Shown here piece after piece: positions 25,641 to 40,499 of a stretch of DNA of 64,000 nucleotides. The notes below the pieces were generated by a model, which saw only the letters and a list, made by a program, of their open reading frames with translations, made no database searches and was not told the DNA's origin. Position 1 is the first letter of the stretch. Every line of letters begins with the position of its first letter. Where the stretch lies: the NCBI RefSeq assembly GCF_036321535.1, contig NC_087438.1, positions 9,302,001-9,366,000 of the forward strand, given 5' to 3'. A program made the translations under genes and the position numbers. The DNA is from Camelus dromedarius (Eukaryota).

Positions 25641-28259
25641 TCCTCCTTTTTGCTTGTAATACTCTGCTTGGGACTTTTCCAAGTTTCACTAACCCTTTCC
25701 TCAGGATTCCTCAAGGTTGTGTGGGCTTCAAATTGACACCCAGTCTGAAATACAGTGCCACATATGACTAAAAATTAGCAAAATACACCATTTTTTTCCA
25801 GATAATAGATTTAAAAAATCTACTTTCATGTCATATCATGCTTTGATCTTTTTATTGTAGCCCTTCACAGAAATGTTTTTATTGAGTAGTATTTTGTTAT
25901 TATATTACCTCAGCACCGGTATAAAAACCTAAGAAATGACCATTACAAAACAACTGCAGAATTTATGATAATGATATGCACGGCTGAAACATCTTTCCCA
26001 GCACCTTATATTCTGTATCTCTCATTAAGTAGTATCCACAGGGAAAAACTACTGTGTCAGAACTGGTTCATATTCCACCTAACACCATAGGCTTTTTTTT
26101 TTTAATTTCGAGCCCAGGGATCTTTATAAATTGACAGCCAACTTGTAAGAACTAAGAAAGATGTTAAGGGATAAACTATTTCCAAAATAAATCTTATCCC
26201 AGACTTGATCATCAGTTCTTATGTTTATTTTTCACTTGCTTTAGTTTTCTCAAGCATGTGCTTGTTCCACCTGCAGAATATAGAACTGTGCAAACTAATT
26301 CAAGGGATTTTAGGAATGCAGCTGACTCTACACAGGAGATCACATGGCATTCCATGTGTAGAATTTTAGAAAAAATTAATACACTCATTCTACCTTTGAT
26401 ACATTGAGAGAGACCTGTCATATTATCCAACTTCTTCAGTTGGGTCATTTCTTAGAGAAACATTATTAGCATCACAGATGCTTTTATCACTGCATTCAAC
26501 TCAAAGCCCAGTGACCCTCACCCATCTCCAACCTACGGCCAGAGAGCAATCAGGCTATAATCAGATCTTCCTTAGTGCAATTTGACTACAGTGCAGTAGG
26601 TGTACATTTCTTTCAGCCTTTGGTATGTCCAGAGTCTGCACAATCTCCCTGATCTGACTGATCTAAATCTACTGTCACAATCTCTATCCAAGCCACTCTC
26701 GCTAAAATATGTAGTATTTTCTAGGCCTGAAGAGATGAGCGTCCATGGAACAGGTTATATATATACTACATGCCTGAAGTCTCAATCCAAATAATGAAGT
26801 CTTAGTTCTCACATAGCTGTGCAAATTCAGTGTTGTTTTTAATTTACGTCTAACTTAGAAGAAAAGCTCAGCTTTTCTTCTGACATATAACCTGCAAAAG
26901 GAGGAAGATAAGAAACAAGAGCTGATAAACATTATTGACATATTTTAACTAAATACGCAGGTATGAGCATGCATTGTTCACCCATGTGGGAAGTTGGTGT
27001 CTCAAAATCAGCAATTTGATAGATGATATGAAGGAGAAGCTGTTTCAACTATACTTTCCAGAGCAGGTGTAGCTGCCTTAGAGTTTTCATCTAGAAATTA
27101 CTTTAAACCATAAAGTATAATAAAGAATTCAGATTATGTATGTTTTCAGGAATTTCATTTTAAAAAGAGGGGGCAGATATAAACCCCATTTAATATTTGA
27201 TTTGAAAAACTGATGTGAGAAAGAGTATTGGGTAACAAGCATTATACTAGAGCGCAAGACTCCAGGTTGAAAATATTTACAGTAACAGAATTTGCTTCCT
27301 TTCCACAGACACGGAAGAATTTGCCCAGTATTAGAGACCCTTCGAGTTGTAGTAGGACTGTAAAAGAGAAAATAAATTCTGAGTCTTCTGCTCAGATATA
27401 CTTTCTTTTATTTTTTATGCATCCTACAGTCCATACATATTTATTGCGCACCTACTCCGTGTCACACATATTTATTGCATACTGACTATGTTGTATGGTT
27501 CTCTACCTATTCCATGAATAACACTGTACGGTCCTTCACATCTGATGCTCTGTTGTATATCCAACATCATGAGGTACTTAAGTATTTATTTTCCCTAATA
27601 TCCAAAGATTTTTATTAAAATCTATTATTTGGAAAACAATCTTCAGCTATAGAATCAGGCTAACCTACAGATAAAAAAATTATGCTGCACACAAGACGAG
27701 ACCTAGCATAAGACTCGGAAACATAAAAGTAACATGGCTCAAAAAAGGACTTAAGAAGATCAATCATAATTGAAGTCATTTTATACGGAATCCAGAAGAA
27801 TTAATAAAATGAAAGCTTTTCATCATAGAGCTTAAATAGATAGTAAAAATAATGGTAATGAAAATAAAATTACTTTAATAAATATACCAATAGGAGAATA
27901 TTGGGCTCATAGGGGCCATATATCACGGTGGTCTAAATTTAGCTGTCATAGAAAACCTACTCAAGAAGTGAGCTATTTTCTTCATCTCCCAGAACGCTAC
28001 TGCAATAAATCTGAGAGCAACAGAATGCAATGCAAAACATAATATTTTAGGAGATTGAAAGATACTTACAACATTTTTTCACTGTTTAACAGCTAGCATT
28101 GTACCAACAATTGCTTAATCTCCGCTGGTGATTTTTATCATAATTATTAACCTCCAAAGGTGTATTTGAAACTTGCCTTGTCCTCACAGCTGTACCAATG
28201 TCTTCACATACCAAAACATGCATTTAGCTGGCATTTAGCTCTGCTAAAATTATACGTTT

Positions 28260-28395
28260 ACAAGTTCCCTCCCATTAGATTATAAAATATTTGAAAGAAG
28301 ATGCTAAATTTTATTACTCTTTCTTTCACCAGTTTTCACACAATGCCTAGAAAACAGAAAGTGATCTACAAAATGTTTCTTTACATTAATCAATC
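28260..28395 (+). mobile_element. L2 3' end fragment
   Basis: cccattagattataaaatatttgaaagaag...cacacaatgcctagaaaacagaaagtgatctacaaaatgttt. Confidence 0.45.
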
Positions 28396-29666
28396 AGTTC
28401 TTGACATTACCAATGACTGCATAATATGGTGATACTGTAACACCACAGGAGGAACAAATGCAAAACATACAGAGAGTAAACACCAAGGATCATAAAATAT
28501 GAAAAGAATGGAGAAATCACATGATTTTAACATCTTCGTCTTTATAACTGTGTGACTACTTTTTCATTCAACAGTGATTAACTTTCACTGGCAACGTCTC
28601 CGTGGAATCACTCATCATTTTGATGAGTTACTAGGTGAAAGTATTATTTACTCCCCTTGTGCAGTCCATCAGCCGTGCTCACTCCTTACCCAGGTCATAA
28701 CTGGCACATTACCATTTCCACAGCAAGTATTAATCAGCAGGTATCCAAGTCTGGTGCCTCAATGCCATGAGCTAAATTGTGCTGAATTACGATGCACGTT
28801 AATAAAGCAGAACTCTCTGGAGACTGTTGATATATGGCGGCTGTAATTCTGCTTTTACTGATCATACATTATATTATATTAAGGTGAGAAACACCCCTTA
28901 AATAAATAAATGAAAGCTTACTCTGCTTGAATAATTTCAATTTAGAAATTAATGTGTTAACGTGGCCTGTGAGTCACCGCCTGTCCTCTCCAAACAAACT
29001 CTTATGATGGAGGTAGGACATATTCACTTGACATTCTACTGCCCTCTGGCTGATAAAACTTGCCGCCAGGAATAACAGATTAGTTAGCATTCAACATATG
29101 TTAATTAATGTAGTTTATTAAAATGTGTTATTGTTGCCTTTATTCATTCTTTGTAAGTAATTCATTGCTGTAGGGGATATAATAAAACCGTTAGGGCTTT
29201 CCAGTCAAAAACCTCACACAGCTGAGTTAGATTTTAAATAGCAGGATTCCTCCATTCACCTCTTGCTGCTTAAAATGATTATTTTTTTCTCAATATGTGG
29301 CAAACCATAATTTAAAAGCTTATTGTATCAAGTGAATAAGGGGGGATTCATTTGCAAAATATGTGGGAGGTTTAGCCTAAGAAACTCCATTGAATATGTT
29401 TAAAATATTCTGTGTTAAAAAGATTAAATCTTAAACATTTACAAAACTTGGGAAAGCCATTTTAATTAGTGGTATGCACACTCAGGCATACAACAGAACT
29501 TTCTTAATCAGTGTAGTTTATTCCATCTACAAAGCACACTGTCTTATGCCCAGGGGAGGCTGAGAACTTTCTTTTAATGGGCTACTTGATGTACAAGGAT
29601 GTACACCGATTCCCACCAGGTGAATTATTATGATTCCCAAGTGTCAGCTGTATTAGCTCCTAATCT

Positions 29667-30066
29667 TATATCAGTCAGGGTAAGCTGGGGAGTGTAGTGG
29701 AAACAAATTAACCCCCAAATCTTACTAAGATACAAAAGTCCATTGCTAACTTATTCAACGTCAGCAGCGTGTTGTGTGACACTTCTGGCAGCCGTACTCC
29801 ATCAAAAATCTAGATCGACTCCACCAAAATATCACAAGTCATCATGTCATTCATGTTGTCTTTTCAGCATGCGTCTTTGTTGTTCTTGGAGCAGGACAAG
29901 AGGAAATGTATGAAGAACAAATACATCTATGCTTTGCACAGGTGTCTACACACCTCCTACAAATCATTGTCCAGAGCTAGTCATATAGTACCAAACAAGC
30001 TGCAAGGTAGGTTGTGATATGCAGGGGAATACGTGGATATTTGGTGATCATTAAATGTTTCTTCTA
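29667..30066 (-). mobile_element. MLT1 (I/J-like) MaLR solo LTR
   Basis: Starts tatatcagtcagggtaagctggggagtgtagtggaaacaaat; contains cattgtccagagctagtcatatagtacca. Confidence 0.65.
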
Positions 30067-30489
30067 TTGTCATTATGTAATTTAAACAAATTTTAAGATG
30101 TATATTAAACAGGAGTGAAAAATCGAGATATATTCATCATAACATAAACACTTTGGAACACCTTGGTAAAGTCTAATTGATTAAAAACAGTACTGCCCAG
30201 TTAAGAATCAATAAGATTTTTGTAAAAAATACATAAATAAAGATAAGTAAAAGACATGAAAATCAAAGTGAATGATTTTAACTCCTCGTTAATTTTCTTT
30301 AAAAAGTAGATAATCATTGATGCAGTCTAGTTATTTCTGAAAATTGTATGAAAAATAAAAAGCTCTCATAACCAGACTCAAATGACTCATATTAAAAGAA
30401 ATGGCCCTGATCTTACAATATATTTGTGAATGAACATTATTTAAGATAAAATGTTTAACTTAATGTACATATAACATTTAAGGATTAGT

Positions 30490-30690
30490 GATATTATGTA
30501 CGTATGGTTGAATCCATTACTTCTGTGTGACTTTGATCAAGTTATTTAACTTTTCCATGACTCAGTTCATCATTAAAAAATAGATTAAAAATAGTCGCAT
30601 CTCTTGGAGGTGCGGAGAACAAAGGGAAAACATATACGGAAAGTGCTTACGGCACTTAAATATCACTGAATGCATGTTAGCTATCACTGG
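30490..30690 (+). mobile_element. MIR SINE
   Basis: Core ctgtgtgactttgatcaagttatttaacttttccatgactcagttcatcatt; 3' part aaagtgcttacggcac. Confidence 0.65.
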
Positions 30691-33600
30691 TATCATCACA
30701 ATTTTAACTGGTTTATTTAATGAATAAGCCAAATAATAATTTCCATTGAGAATAAACCTTCTATTTCTAAAGTTTAAAATATATTTAGCTTTACTGCATT
30801 TTAGTATACATAGTTTAAAAGTTAGCAACCTTACAGACTTATTTTAACTTTAATAAATTTAACTTTATTTTTCCCAAAGAATTAACTTCTTTAGTATCTT
30901 GTTTTTCCATAAATCTAACAGAGATATGCATGAATTCCAAAGAAGCTAAGTCATCTGCAACAAGATTTTATTTCAACCCTAAAAACTTACTAACATACAT
31001 AAAAGCGTATAATCAAATACTGTTTTCAATCCCTCTGTTACCATTTGTAAAGCATTTGATTGTTAGTAGTGAATAAGCCCCAAAAGATATAAATAACACT
31101 TCAAAATGATAATTTGGAAATTCAAATCATTAATTATAGATTCTTAACAGTGCCATATTTTAGTTGTTTATTTTTCTGAGTGACAGGTTTTTTTCCCCTG
31201 TCTTAGCACTGGAATTTAAAAAACAATATCATGAGATACTCCGTTATGTATTTAAAATAAATTCATATGTTGACTTTTAACAATGAATAGATCTTATTGA
31301 CACATATTACCACTGAAAGATAAGTAGGGATACAATTTATTTTATAAAATGGCCCTACATACACAAAATTTTCTTTGGATCAATTCCCAGAAGGATGTAC
31401 ATCTTAAATAAAACAAAATTAATTTCCCTCCAGCTTTCTATTTATTTTGTTTTCTTTTTACAAACTATAAGTGCAAAAATATGTAAAAATTCAATTTTGT
31501 AAATATTTAGAACAAAAATAAAAAGGCATCAAGGAATATTCAGATTTGAATTTGTTTTTCTCTCCTTTGAAACAAATTACACGAAATGATCATTGTAAAA
31601 GTAATTTTCCAGTGACCTTCCCATGTTTTCCCATGCCTCCCCCTTTTATCAGGGAAAGCAATATACCAACTTTGCTGTTTCTCTGCTTTCTATTCAAATG
31701 CTAACATTAACCAATCATGCCAATCTGAACGTATTCAAAGTCTACCTAGAATGAGGAGCATTTGAATTTCAAATGATATTTGGAATACACATTGACAAAA
31801 AAAAAAAAAAATTCAATTTATTTTGATCTCAACTGATACTTGGTTCAGGATCAAACATTCTGCCAGAAAGAGATAGGACCTTCAGCTCCATGTCTTTGAT
31901 AAAAAGCCTCCTTAATTTTTCAGTATAAGGGGAAATATTCACTTCTGGGAGAGAATGAATATTCAACCAAGATTAACAGCCTCTCTTAATGCTTGGAGTT
32001 TGTGGCTGCAAATTCATAGCCTCTATAACTTTGATGGGAAATTTTGAATTGGAAACATTGCACTGTAATTTTATAACCCAACAGAGGAAACGTGCTTGCA
32101 AGTAAATGATGTAAGCATCACTTTCAAGAGAACTTGCCTATGGCTTGTAGTGCCAAGCAGATTTAAATAGAGCAGCTGCTTCCTGAGCAGAATTCTCTGT
32201 AGTCCTGCAGATAGATCTGCTCCAAGTGGTTAGGAGAGTTTCCCTTTATTGTTTCTGGCATGCATAGCAATCTGATCATAGGTGTGGAAGACACTTTTTA
32301 AAAAAAGAAAAGAAATATCCAAATTTGGCTGACATTTTGATTATATTTGGGGAACATCTCATATATGACACAAATGCTGAGTAGACTCAGAGTTGTATGA
32401 AATAATATAAGACCTAATGCTAAGCTGTATATGGTATTATTGATTTAGTAATTTTGGGAATCTGATAGATTTCCTTAAAGCTGCTTTCCAAATAGCAGGA
32501 AGCATAGCAGGTGGGTTGACTAAAACATTTCCATCATGAAATCACACATTTTAATTACTCAAAAGGTTTACCTTTGGTTGCCACTGGCTCCTTTGCAGTT
32601 CTTAAAGAAGTACTTACTTCTCTTTTTATATTTGTTCACTTCCATTGAAGATTATATATTACTCAGACCCAGGACTTCTTTATTATGAGTTCTACTGCAC
32701 GGTTCTTCTCAGTTATACCCATTCTCCTCAGTATTCATTATTCTGTCACTGTCTCTGCCTCCATAGAGTATTATAAAATTTTGTTTGTGTATCACAATAA
32801 TTTGATCCTCCTCTAATGCTTAATTCCCATTTTCTATGGTATTTCAGAGTCCTCACAATGTAGCCATTTATAAATATCCCGGAAATAGCTAAATCATGAA
32901 AAAAGGACCGTATTAGAGAAATAAATAATTTTGCTCCTTTATTGAAAATAGTTGTCAAATGTGCATATTTTCATACTGTAGAGATTGTAAGCATAAATAT
33001 AAAAAATCAAGAACATAAACTTGCATAAATGCACAAAACATGTCATTAACAGTCATTCATAGTCCATACTACAATTTAAAAATTAGAGGCAGGATTTTCA
33101 CAGAATTCTAGCTATCAGAACATTCAGGAGCTGAAGCTACCTCATGGAAATCATATTCTGGTGAACACTGTGGTAAGCCTAAATATATTACATGTAAACA
33201 TTTCCTTTACTATCTCACATTGGTGTGGTAAACTTTGGAATCCTACAAGAAGGAGAGAGGGGAAAAGTCAACTCTGCTCTCTCATCACCAAATCTACCCA
33301 CAGGTCATATTTCTTCCTGTCTGAAGCTTTGTTTTGACCATCATAATGTTAAGGAATTAGTGCAAAATCTCACTTCTTCCTTTCTGGATGCTGAGAACAT
33401 TATATTTAATGTAGACAGCAGACTGAAAGCATTATATTAGTTCTAAGGATTGGTTAGCATGCTAGGAAGATAAAAAAATTAACCAAAGTAGTACTTCCTT
33501 AATGTTCTGATTCCCAGTGTGATTCTATTTCCATGTCAGCTCGACTGAAATTTATTTGTTGAAGTCCTTTGTTTTCTGACATATTTTGTGTTCAAATTCT

Positions 33601-35778
33601 TAAATCTCTCAATATTTGTGAAATAGAGGACATAACACATTAATAGTTGATATCAATACTCCATTATATGTGTATAAATAAATTATAAGAAACCATATCC
33701 ATCTTTAGAAGGTAAGGAAAACGGTAATGGATTATAAAATCTTCAGAGTTTAGAAAAGACAATGTGGGAAAAGAAGGACTGGTAGTGATTAAAAAAAAAA
33801 AAAAACTTCCAAAGACAAAAAGATGTGTATAAAAACCAGAATCCAAATCAGAATCCAATATTACTTTTAGTAAACCAAATTAGTTGGTATGATTGGGATA
33901 TTTGACTTCTGTTTGTAGAAAGACTGGCTAATTTTCTCTTCCATTCGATGTTTTTGTACATTTTTATTTTTTGTTTCATTGTTGTTGGGAGAGGTAGTGA
34001 AAGTTGCCTTTTTGTACCCTGTACCACTGGAAGGGGAAACATGACCCTATATACCTATGACTTTTATATTTCAGATTAGAAACAAATAGAATGATCACTG
34101 AGAAAAGCTAAGCAACTACCCCTATTTCTGGTGAAAGTTATGAAATACACTCGGTTATTAGTAACCTTAATCAAATGTTAGATAAACCAAGGTTCTCAGG
34201 TAAATCTCTAAAAAGAAATGATCAACTGAGACACAATTTTATTTCAGAAACTTACAAATCTCTTTCCTGTGAACCACTTAAGATATTAGTAAATGACTCA
34301 TAAAGACTTATATGACTATCCCAAGAGAAAAGTTGAAATACTTGTCAGGTCCAAATTTGAAGAGGTCCTCTTGACTCCTGGATACCCCATCCCACTTCCC
34401 TCCACTCTTCCTTGATGCATTCTGATTTGCGTCGTCCCACAGAAACGAAAATAGAATCACAAATAAAGGCAAAATAGGGCAGTTTTTAATGCTATTGCTG
34501 TTGTGGTTTTTAATCTTAAACTTGGAAAGCCAGCAGTCTTTCTGACAGTAGACACAAAAATGATTGACAAGATTCTTGGCAGGGTCAGAATTAGGAGGCT
34601 TAGAGTAAACAAGTGAGCCAGTGTTCTGGATTTTCCATCTTTTAACCAACAGTTCTTTAAATGTTAAAAGCTACACTTAGGCCTACTATGTCACACAAAA
34701 TATAATTGTTAATTTTGACTTAGCTTGTTGTGTAAGATAATAAAAATTATGAATACTTTCAAAGAGCATTTTCCTCTGTGTGAGCCTTAGGCATTTGTAA
34801 AGGGAAATGTGCACAAAACAAATCTTCTACTTTCGCCAGAGTCTACCTGGAACCTGACCTCTTTACCGTCACATCAAACTACCAGTCAGCATTTAGCTAC
34901 TCATATCTGATCCTAAAACATTCCAAAAGTAGTATCAGTAAAGTAAAAATGTGTCAGAAATAGCATTTCTTATGGAAGTTGTTTTGACAATTTTAGCCTC
35001 CAAATCTTTGGTTTTGTTTTGCTTATAAAACAGTTAACAGCTAACCAAGTGCCTTCAGTAACAATGTATTTTTTTCTTTCTTACACTAAAATATCAAGGA
35101 CTTTAATAGCATTTTTGAGAGTAGAGAAGCTTCTTTTAGTCCACTTAAAAAATAGAATATCCATCAAAGTATACATGGTAATAAGCATGTTAACCGCCTG
35201 CACAGAGAATTGGGAGTGCTGGCTTACCCTCAAATGTTATGAATAGATGTGTCCCATTTTATTATCATGCAAATTCATCTTGTTTCAGTAATTTCACATT
35301 TTGCTTTTAAGTTCCAACTTTAGAGTCCTTGAACAAACAACGATCCTTCTCATCCAACAGACAGTTCTACTTCTGCGTGAGTTTCCTAATTGGACTAAAA
35401 GAATAAACCCAACAGTTTAGTATGTGAGAGTCAATGGTTTTCAACTACTTCTTCAGTGTTGTTTATGCTCTTAAGAATATTGCCCAGGATGCTGGAAATC
35501 TGACTTTGAAAAGAGACAAAATTGTCAAATCAAGTGAGTTTTCAGAGAATTGGGCAGTAAGACATGTAAAGGTAAATATTTAAACCACCAACAGTGTGAA
35601 CTTAGGGTCTTTGGCAATGTCACCTGGGTAGTCCCATTTTCCTGGGCAGTTTTCACTGGCTTCAGGAAACCGTAATTGTTTGACAAAGCTATGTTTTGGC
35701 AACACATGACCAGAAGAGTTAGTATTGGACGAACTTATTAAAAAACTTGAGAGAGAAGAAGTGGTTCTTGAATTACAA

Positions 35779-35784
<6 letters not shown>

Positions 35785-35810
<26 letters not shown>

Positions 35811-35813
35811 GTA

Positions 35814-35847
<34 letters not shown>

Positions 35848-35920
35848 GAAGAAGAAGAAGAAGAAGAAGAAGAAGAAGAAGAAGAAGAAGAAGAAGAAGA
35901 AGAAGAAGAAGAAGAAGAAG

Positions 35921-35958
<38 letters not shown>
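35785..35958. repeat. Compound trinucleotide microsatellite (TAA)8-TAG-TAA-(TTA)11-(GAA)25-(GCA)12
   Basis: Counted directly: TAA 35785-35808, TTA 35815-35847, GAA 35848-35922, GCA 35923-35958. Confidence 0.99.
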
Positions 35959-35959
<1 letters not shown>

Positions 35960-36989
35960 TGAATATTATCTTCAGAGTATACATGCCTACATTTAAAAAT
36001 GTGGTCTTCAGTTTGTCTTCTCCCATTCGCTCTGCTCTCTCTCTCCACTGCAGTAGGGTATCTGGCCCAACGTTCAGAGGAAGTTTTCTAATTTAGCACC
36101 AAGTGCCCTTCCCATGTTTATTACCCTCTGTAACAACAAATTTTCATGGGGTCCCTCCTACCTCTAGGCTGCAGCTTCTCAGTATCCTTTGTGAACTTAG
36201 GTTTTTCATTCATTTTTGAAGTGAATGGCAAATACCTGGTACATCAAATTTCTTATATCAGCATTCTACTAGAAAAGTAACTTGGAGAGATACATAAACC
36301 TGAAAAATGAATAGTTCCTCTCAACATTTTCTATTAAAACCTACATGAATATTGTCCCAATTCAATAATATATTACAATTTGTTTACAAGCACTTGTGAA
36401 ATATTTTCCTGTCACAAGCAAAAGAACAAATAACATTTGTTGATTTAAAAACAAATATAGCAGAGATCTTGAAAATTAAGATTGCAATCAAGGCATACAA
36501 TATTTAATAAATCCTCATTGATTTATGTAATTCAAAATAACATGAGAAATCAAATTGCAATCCCATCAGTAAAGGAAGAATGATCTCAAAGTATTATTTA
36601 AAATTCAAAAGTACTTTAAAGTGGTAGTAGTCTTGCACAGCTCATTAGATCATAAAATTTGCTTTAAAGGAATATAAACTCAGTTGTGATTATTATTATG
36701 AGGGAAAACAAGAACATTAAATTACTGGCATATGAGGTTAATAATTTATCAGCCTAACCTCTTGGAAAATGAATTAATTTATTACACAAACATCTAATAA
36801 CTTTGATTACAACTGGAATCCAAGAAATATTTTAAAATAAGATAGAATAAACGAAAAGAAACAAAGAAAACTAGAACTGGAATGCCAAACCACCAACTGG
36901 CTATTGTTCATCCAATAACTCATGTGTAGCAAGTTAAACCATCTTATCATCAAACAATATATTAGCACGCCAGACATTACTAGTAATTC

Positions 36990-38130
36990 TATAGGGTTTG
37001 TCCCATTTAACCTCCAAAGTAAGATAGTAGGTATTTTCAGTCAGTATATAGCTCTGAGTTCTATTTTTCCTTCCTCTAAGCACATTATGACTTTTTTCCC
37101 CACTATCTTTTTGTTTTTGTGGTTGAGAACTCAGCTATCAGAATAATACGTATGCCTTTAAAAATAATCTACCATTTTTGTGATAGAAGCTTTTAAAACC
37201 TTAGTTCTCTCATTGATGATCCAGATTTTCATGTGATACATACTTAGGTGAAGTATCCTATTCACTTATCCTGCTTATTATTCTTGGGTTTCAAAACGTG
37301 TATACTGTTTTACATAATCATATGGACAATTCTCAGTCACCTCTTCTAACTTTGCCTCTTCCCCACTTTCTCTCCATTTATTTGGAAATACTGATCAGAT
37401 ATGTGATATTCCTTCTCACTTGAGCTTTCATTATTTTGAAAGGTTTTTAAAAATATTTTTACCCCTCTGTGTTGCATTCTGTAAAATTTCTTTAGCTTTA
37501 TCTTTAAACTCACTAGTGTTTTTCAGATGTTCCTGATCTGCTATTAAACCTGTGCAACTACTACTGATTTCTCTATTTCTTTCTCTTCAGTCTCCTTTTA
37601 AATCTACTTGTTTTTAGATAGGTCTTGCTATAAATATACTTTCGATAACTTTTATGTCTATGGTGATTCTGTACTTCATTTGGTAATTTTAGTACTGATG
37701 TCTTTAAAGATCTCATTCTGTTTTCTACTTTATCTGCTGGTTCTGAATCATGCCGTTTTATATTGTGTGTTTTGTGGTTTGTGATTGTGAGTTTGTATTC
37801 ATGGAAACTTCTGGAGGAATTCTTTGAAGTCAGGTTTGAAACTGAGTTTCTGCAGAGATGTTTGCTTTTGTTTCTGGCTGACATTTAGTGGCATTGCTTG
37901 GCACATTTTAAATTAAATTTTGGCTTTCAGGTGTTTCATATTAACCAACTTGTATATATTTATAATACAAACCTGCAAAACCACATGTAGTTATATGCTT
38001 TTAAGATTTTTTTTTTCTTTTTTCTTATCACTCAGGGGCAAAATCACTTACAGATTGTTGGATGAGGGAGGGGAGGGCAAGTTGATCTATTTCACTATTT
38101 TCCCTTGGTATGATTGTGCCCTTTAGGGCT
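36990..38130 (-). mobile_element. Old L1ME/HAL1-like 5'/ORF1 fragment, antisense
   Basis: T-rich decayed sequence with typical antisense L1M ORF1 phrases (ctctgtgttgcattctgtaaaatttctttagctttatcttt; ttctttgaagtcaggtttgaa). Confidence 0.65.
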
Positions 38131-40224
38131 GCTCTTGTATCAAAAGTTAGAACCATACTTTTCATCCTGATTTTTCTGCAGAACAGGAAGAAAATCACCC
38201 TTCAGGTCCATATTGTGGAAATCAGAATTTATACCCAACTATTTAGTTACAACTATGCAATAGTCAAGAACGGATCTTTTACAGATTGAAGGGGAAGTTG
38301 GTTGTGTTTTAAATCATGAGTTACAAGAGAAATAAAACTGTCCCAAATCTATTCAAGAATGGTATCAAAAAGCTATAGAAATATAAAAGCAATGTTGAAA
38401 CAGGAGGTCCCGGTGACCTCATTAATCCTCTGTACACCACCAAGGTCTACTGATACCAATTTTTAGAGGATTTTTGTGAGTAGTTCCAACTGTTTGTGAG
38501 TATTGCTATTTTCAGGCTTTCATTCTTTGTCAGAGTAATTAAAGGAAAATCACTTAAGTATGATTCATCATTATTCATAATTACTAACCATGAAACCAAA
38601 TATTAAAAGAATAAGTAAACTTTAGAAGGATGAAAAGGCTGCAACCATGAAGAAACACTAAAACATTATCTTTTGGTTTTTATAATTGCATTGCCCAAAG
38701 TATTGCATCATCTTTCAAGAAGGTATACACTGGAAACATCATCTTTGTAGTCTATTTCTAAAATGTATTGAACATAGCTGAGAATTCAGAATTTTTCGTA
38801 TTCTGTACTTAGTGGCAAAAAGAAAAAAATTGATATGAGAAAACTTACTATTATTAGATGAATCAGGAGATGAATACAGGGACAAAGCCCTCTGGACTCT
38901 AATAATAAAAGTCAAATTAATCATATCTGTGAACTCTCAGACTGAGTCTTCAGGTGATAATATTCTAAATGTCTTTTCCAAATTCAGGAGCCAATGAATG
39001 AATACTCCAAGAACAAAAAGAAAATATAACATTTTCTCCAGTTAGAAAGAACTTTATTTGACTTCAGCTAGATTTAAGATCATCACTGTCATGAAAGAAG
39101 GCTTTAAAAAATATTCAAATGCTTCCTTATAAAGTAAACTCTCGTAGGATCATTATTAACTGCACTGTCATTTCCAATAACCTAATTCTTAGTTTATGCC
39201 ATAATTTTGAAAATGTAAGAATTTTAGATTAATTTACATAATGCACATTGAAGGGCAAACAAGCACCATTTGCCAGTTTTGAAACAGGTATTTTTCTTAT
39301 ACTTTCATATATTTTCTCTATTAAAGCATCTGATTTTATAATGCCATTAAATGCAAAGTTCAGCCTACACTTTTTGTTACTGATGTGTGTAATATATAAG
39401 CAAAATGTTGACCCTTCAGGGAGAAATTGAAACTCCACTGAGCCTCTATTATTCAAAGCTCACTAAATGAATATTGGGGAAATACAACTTTCTTTACCTT
39501 TAGGACCCACAGTTGACACCTTCCTTTAAATAATTTTATTTCATGTAGTTCAGGGATAAAATCAAATAGAAGAAATCAACAAAATACCTGTTTTGTATCT
39601 GGAAAATGGCTGATGAAGTCAGAATGTTGTTTAATAAAGTTTGTTGGGTCAAATCCGCCTTTTGTCTAATTACAAATATTTCTAATCTCCTATCTTGCCT
39701 CTCATCCTATCAGTGTACTAGGGACTATTTCTGATTATCTGTTCGCCTGTGGAACTCAGGATGATGCTGGAAGAGGTCCTCAGAACAGCCACAGATCTTA
39801 GATGAACTCAGAAGCAAGATTAAGGGTTCACAGGTTTGAAAGAGGTGCATGGCCAGCCCCTGGTGACGTTGGTTCTGCTTCCCCAGACATGTAGTCCCTC
39901 CCTGTCTTCGCCTTTTGTCATCTTTTCTATTATTCCACTTCATGTGGTAGCATTTACTCACTTTCCTACCCACTGATTTTAGCTCCCTTATTAATTCTAA
40001 CTCACTCTTAGGTCTTGAAATTTATTCCAGCCCTGATGGTTTCTCCACTATGCCCTAGGAAGTGCTGACGAAGTATCACAGATATTACTATTCTCCCCAT
40101 GTGAGATTCTTGAATGGATCCCCTTTGCTAGAATTGAGATGGGTTCAAGGGGCAGTGGTCCTAGGATTACCTCTCTTGCCTGATCTGATGTGATGCCAAT
40201 CCTTGACTGTATCCTGATGGCCTG

Positions 40225-40300
40225 CTCACTTGCTGTGTTCAACAAGCATTTATTGAGAACTATCTGTATCAGGGCCAGTGCTGGGCGCAGTTTCTTCCCT
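40225..40300 (-). mobile_element. L2 3' end
   Basis: ttcaacaagcatttattgagaactatctgtatcagggccagtgctggg. Confidence 0.55.
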
Positions 40301-40499
40301 TAAGGACCTCAAAATGCACTGCAATGGTTCTAAATTTTGACAACATATAATGAGTTCTTCAAAAAATGCGATTCCTTGATCTTCACTCAGGCATTTCAAT
40401 CCTGTAGAAACAAGAGATCCCATAAGCCAAAGGAGGTGCATGGGAAACTATATAGGAAAAATTACTCCAAGTGAATCCGATTCTCATCAGATTATCACT

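Noticed and set aside
33225..33440. 71-aa ORF with a terminal-exon-like look
   Set aside because: No recognisable homology and no compatible upstream exon.
35738..36048. Poly-L/I, poly-A/S/N/Y and poly-C/F ORFs
   Set aside because: Translations of the compound trinucleotide microsatellite.
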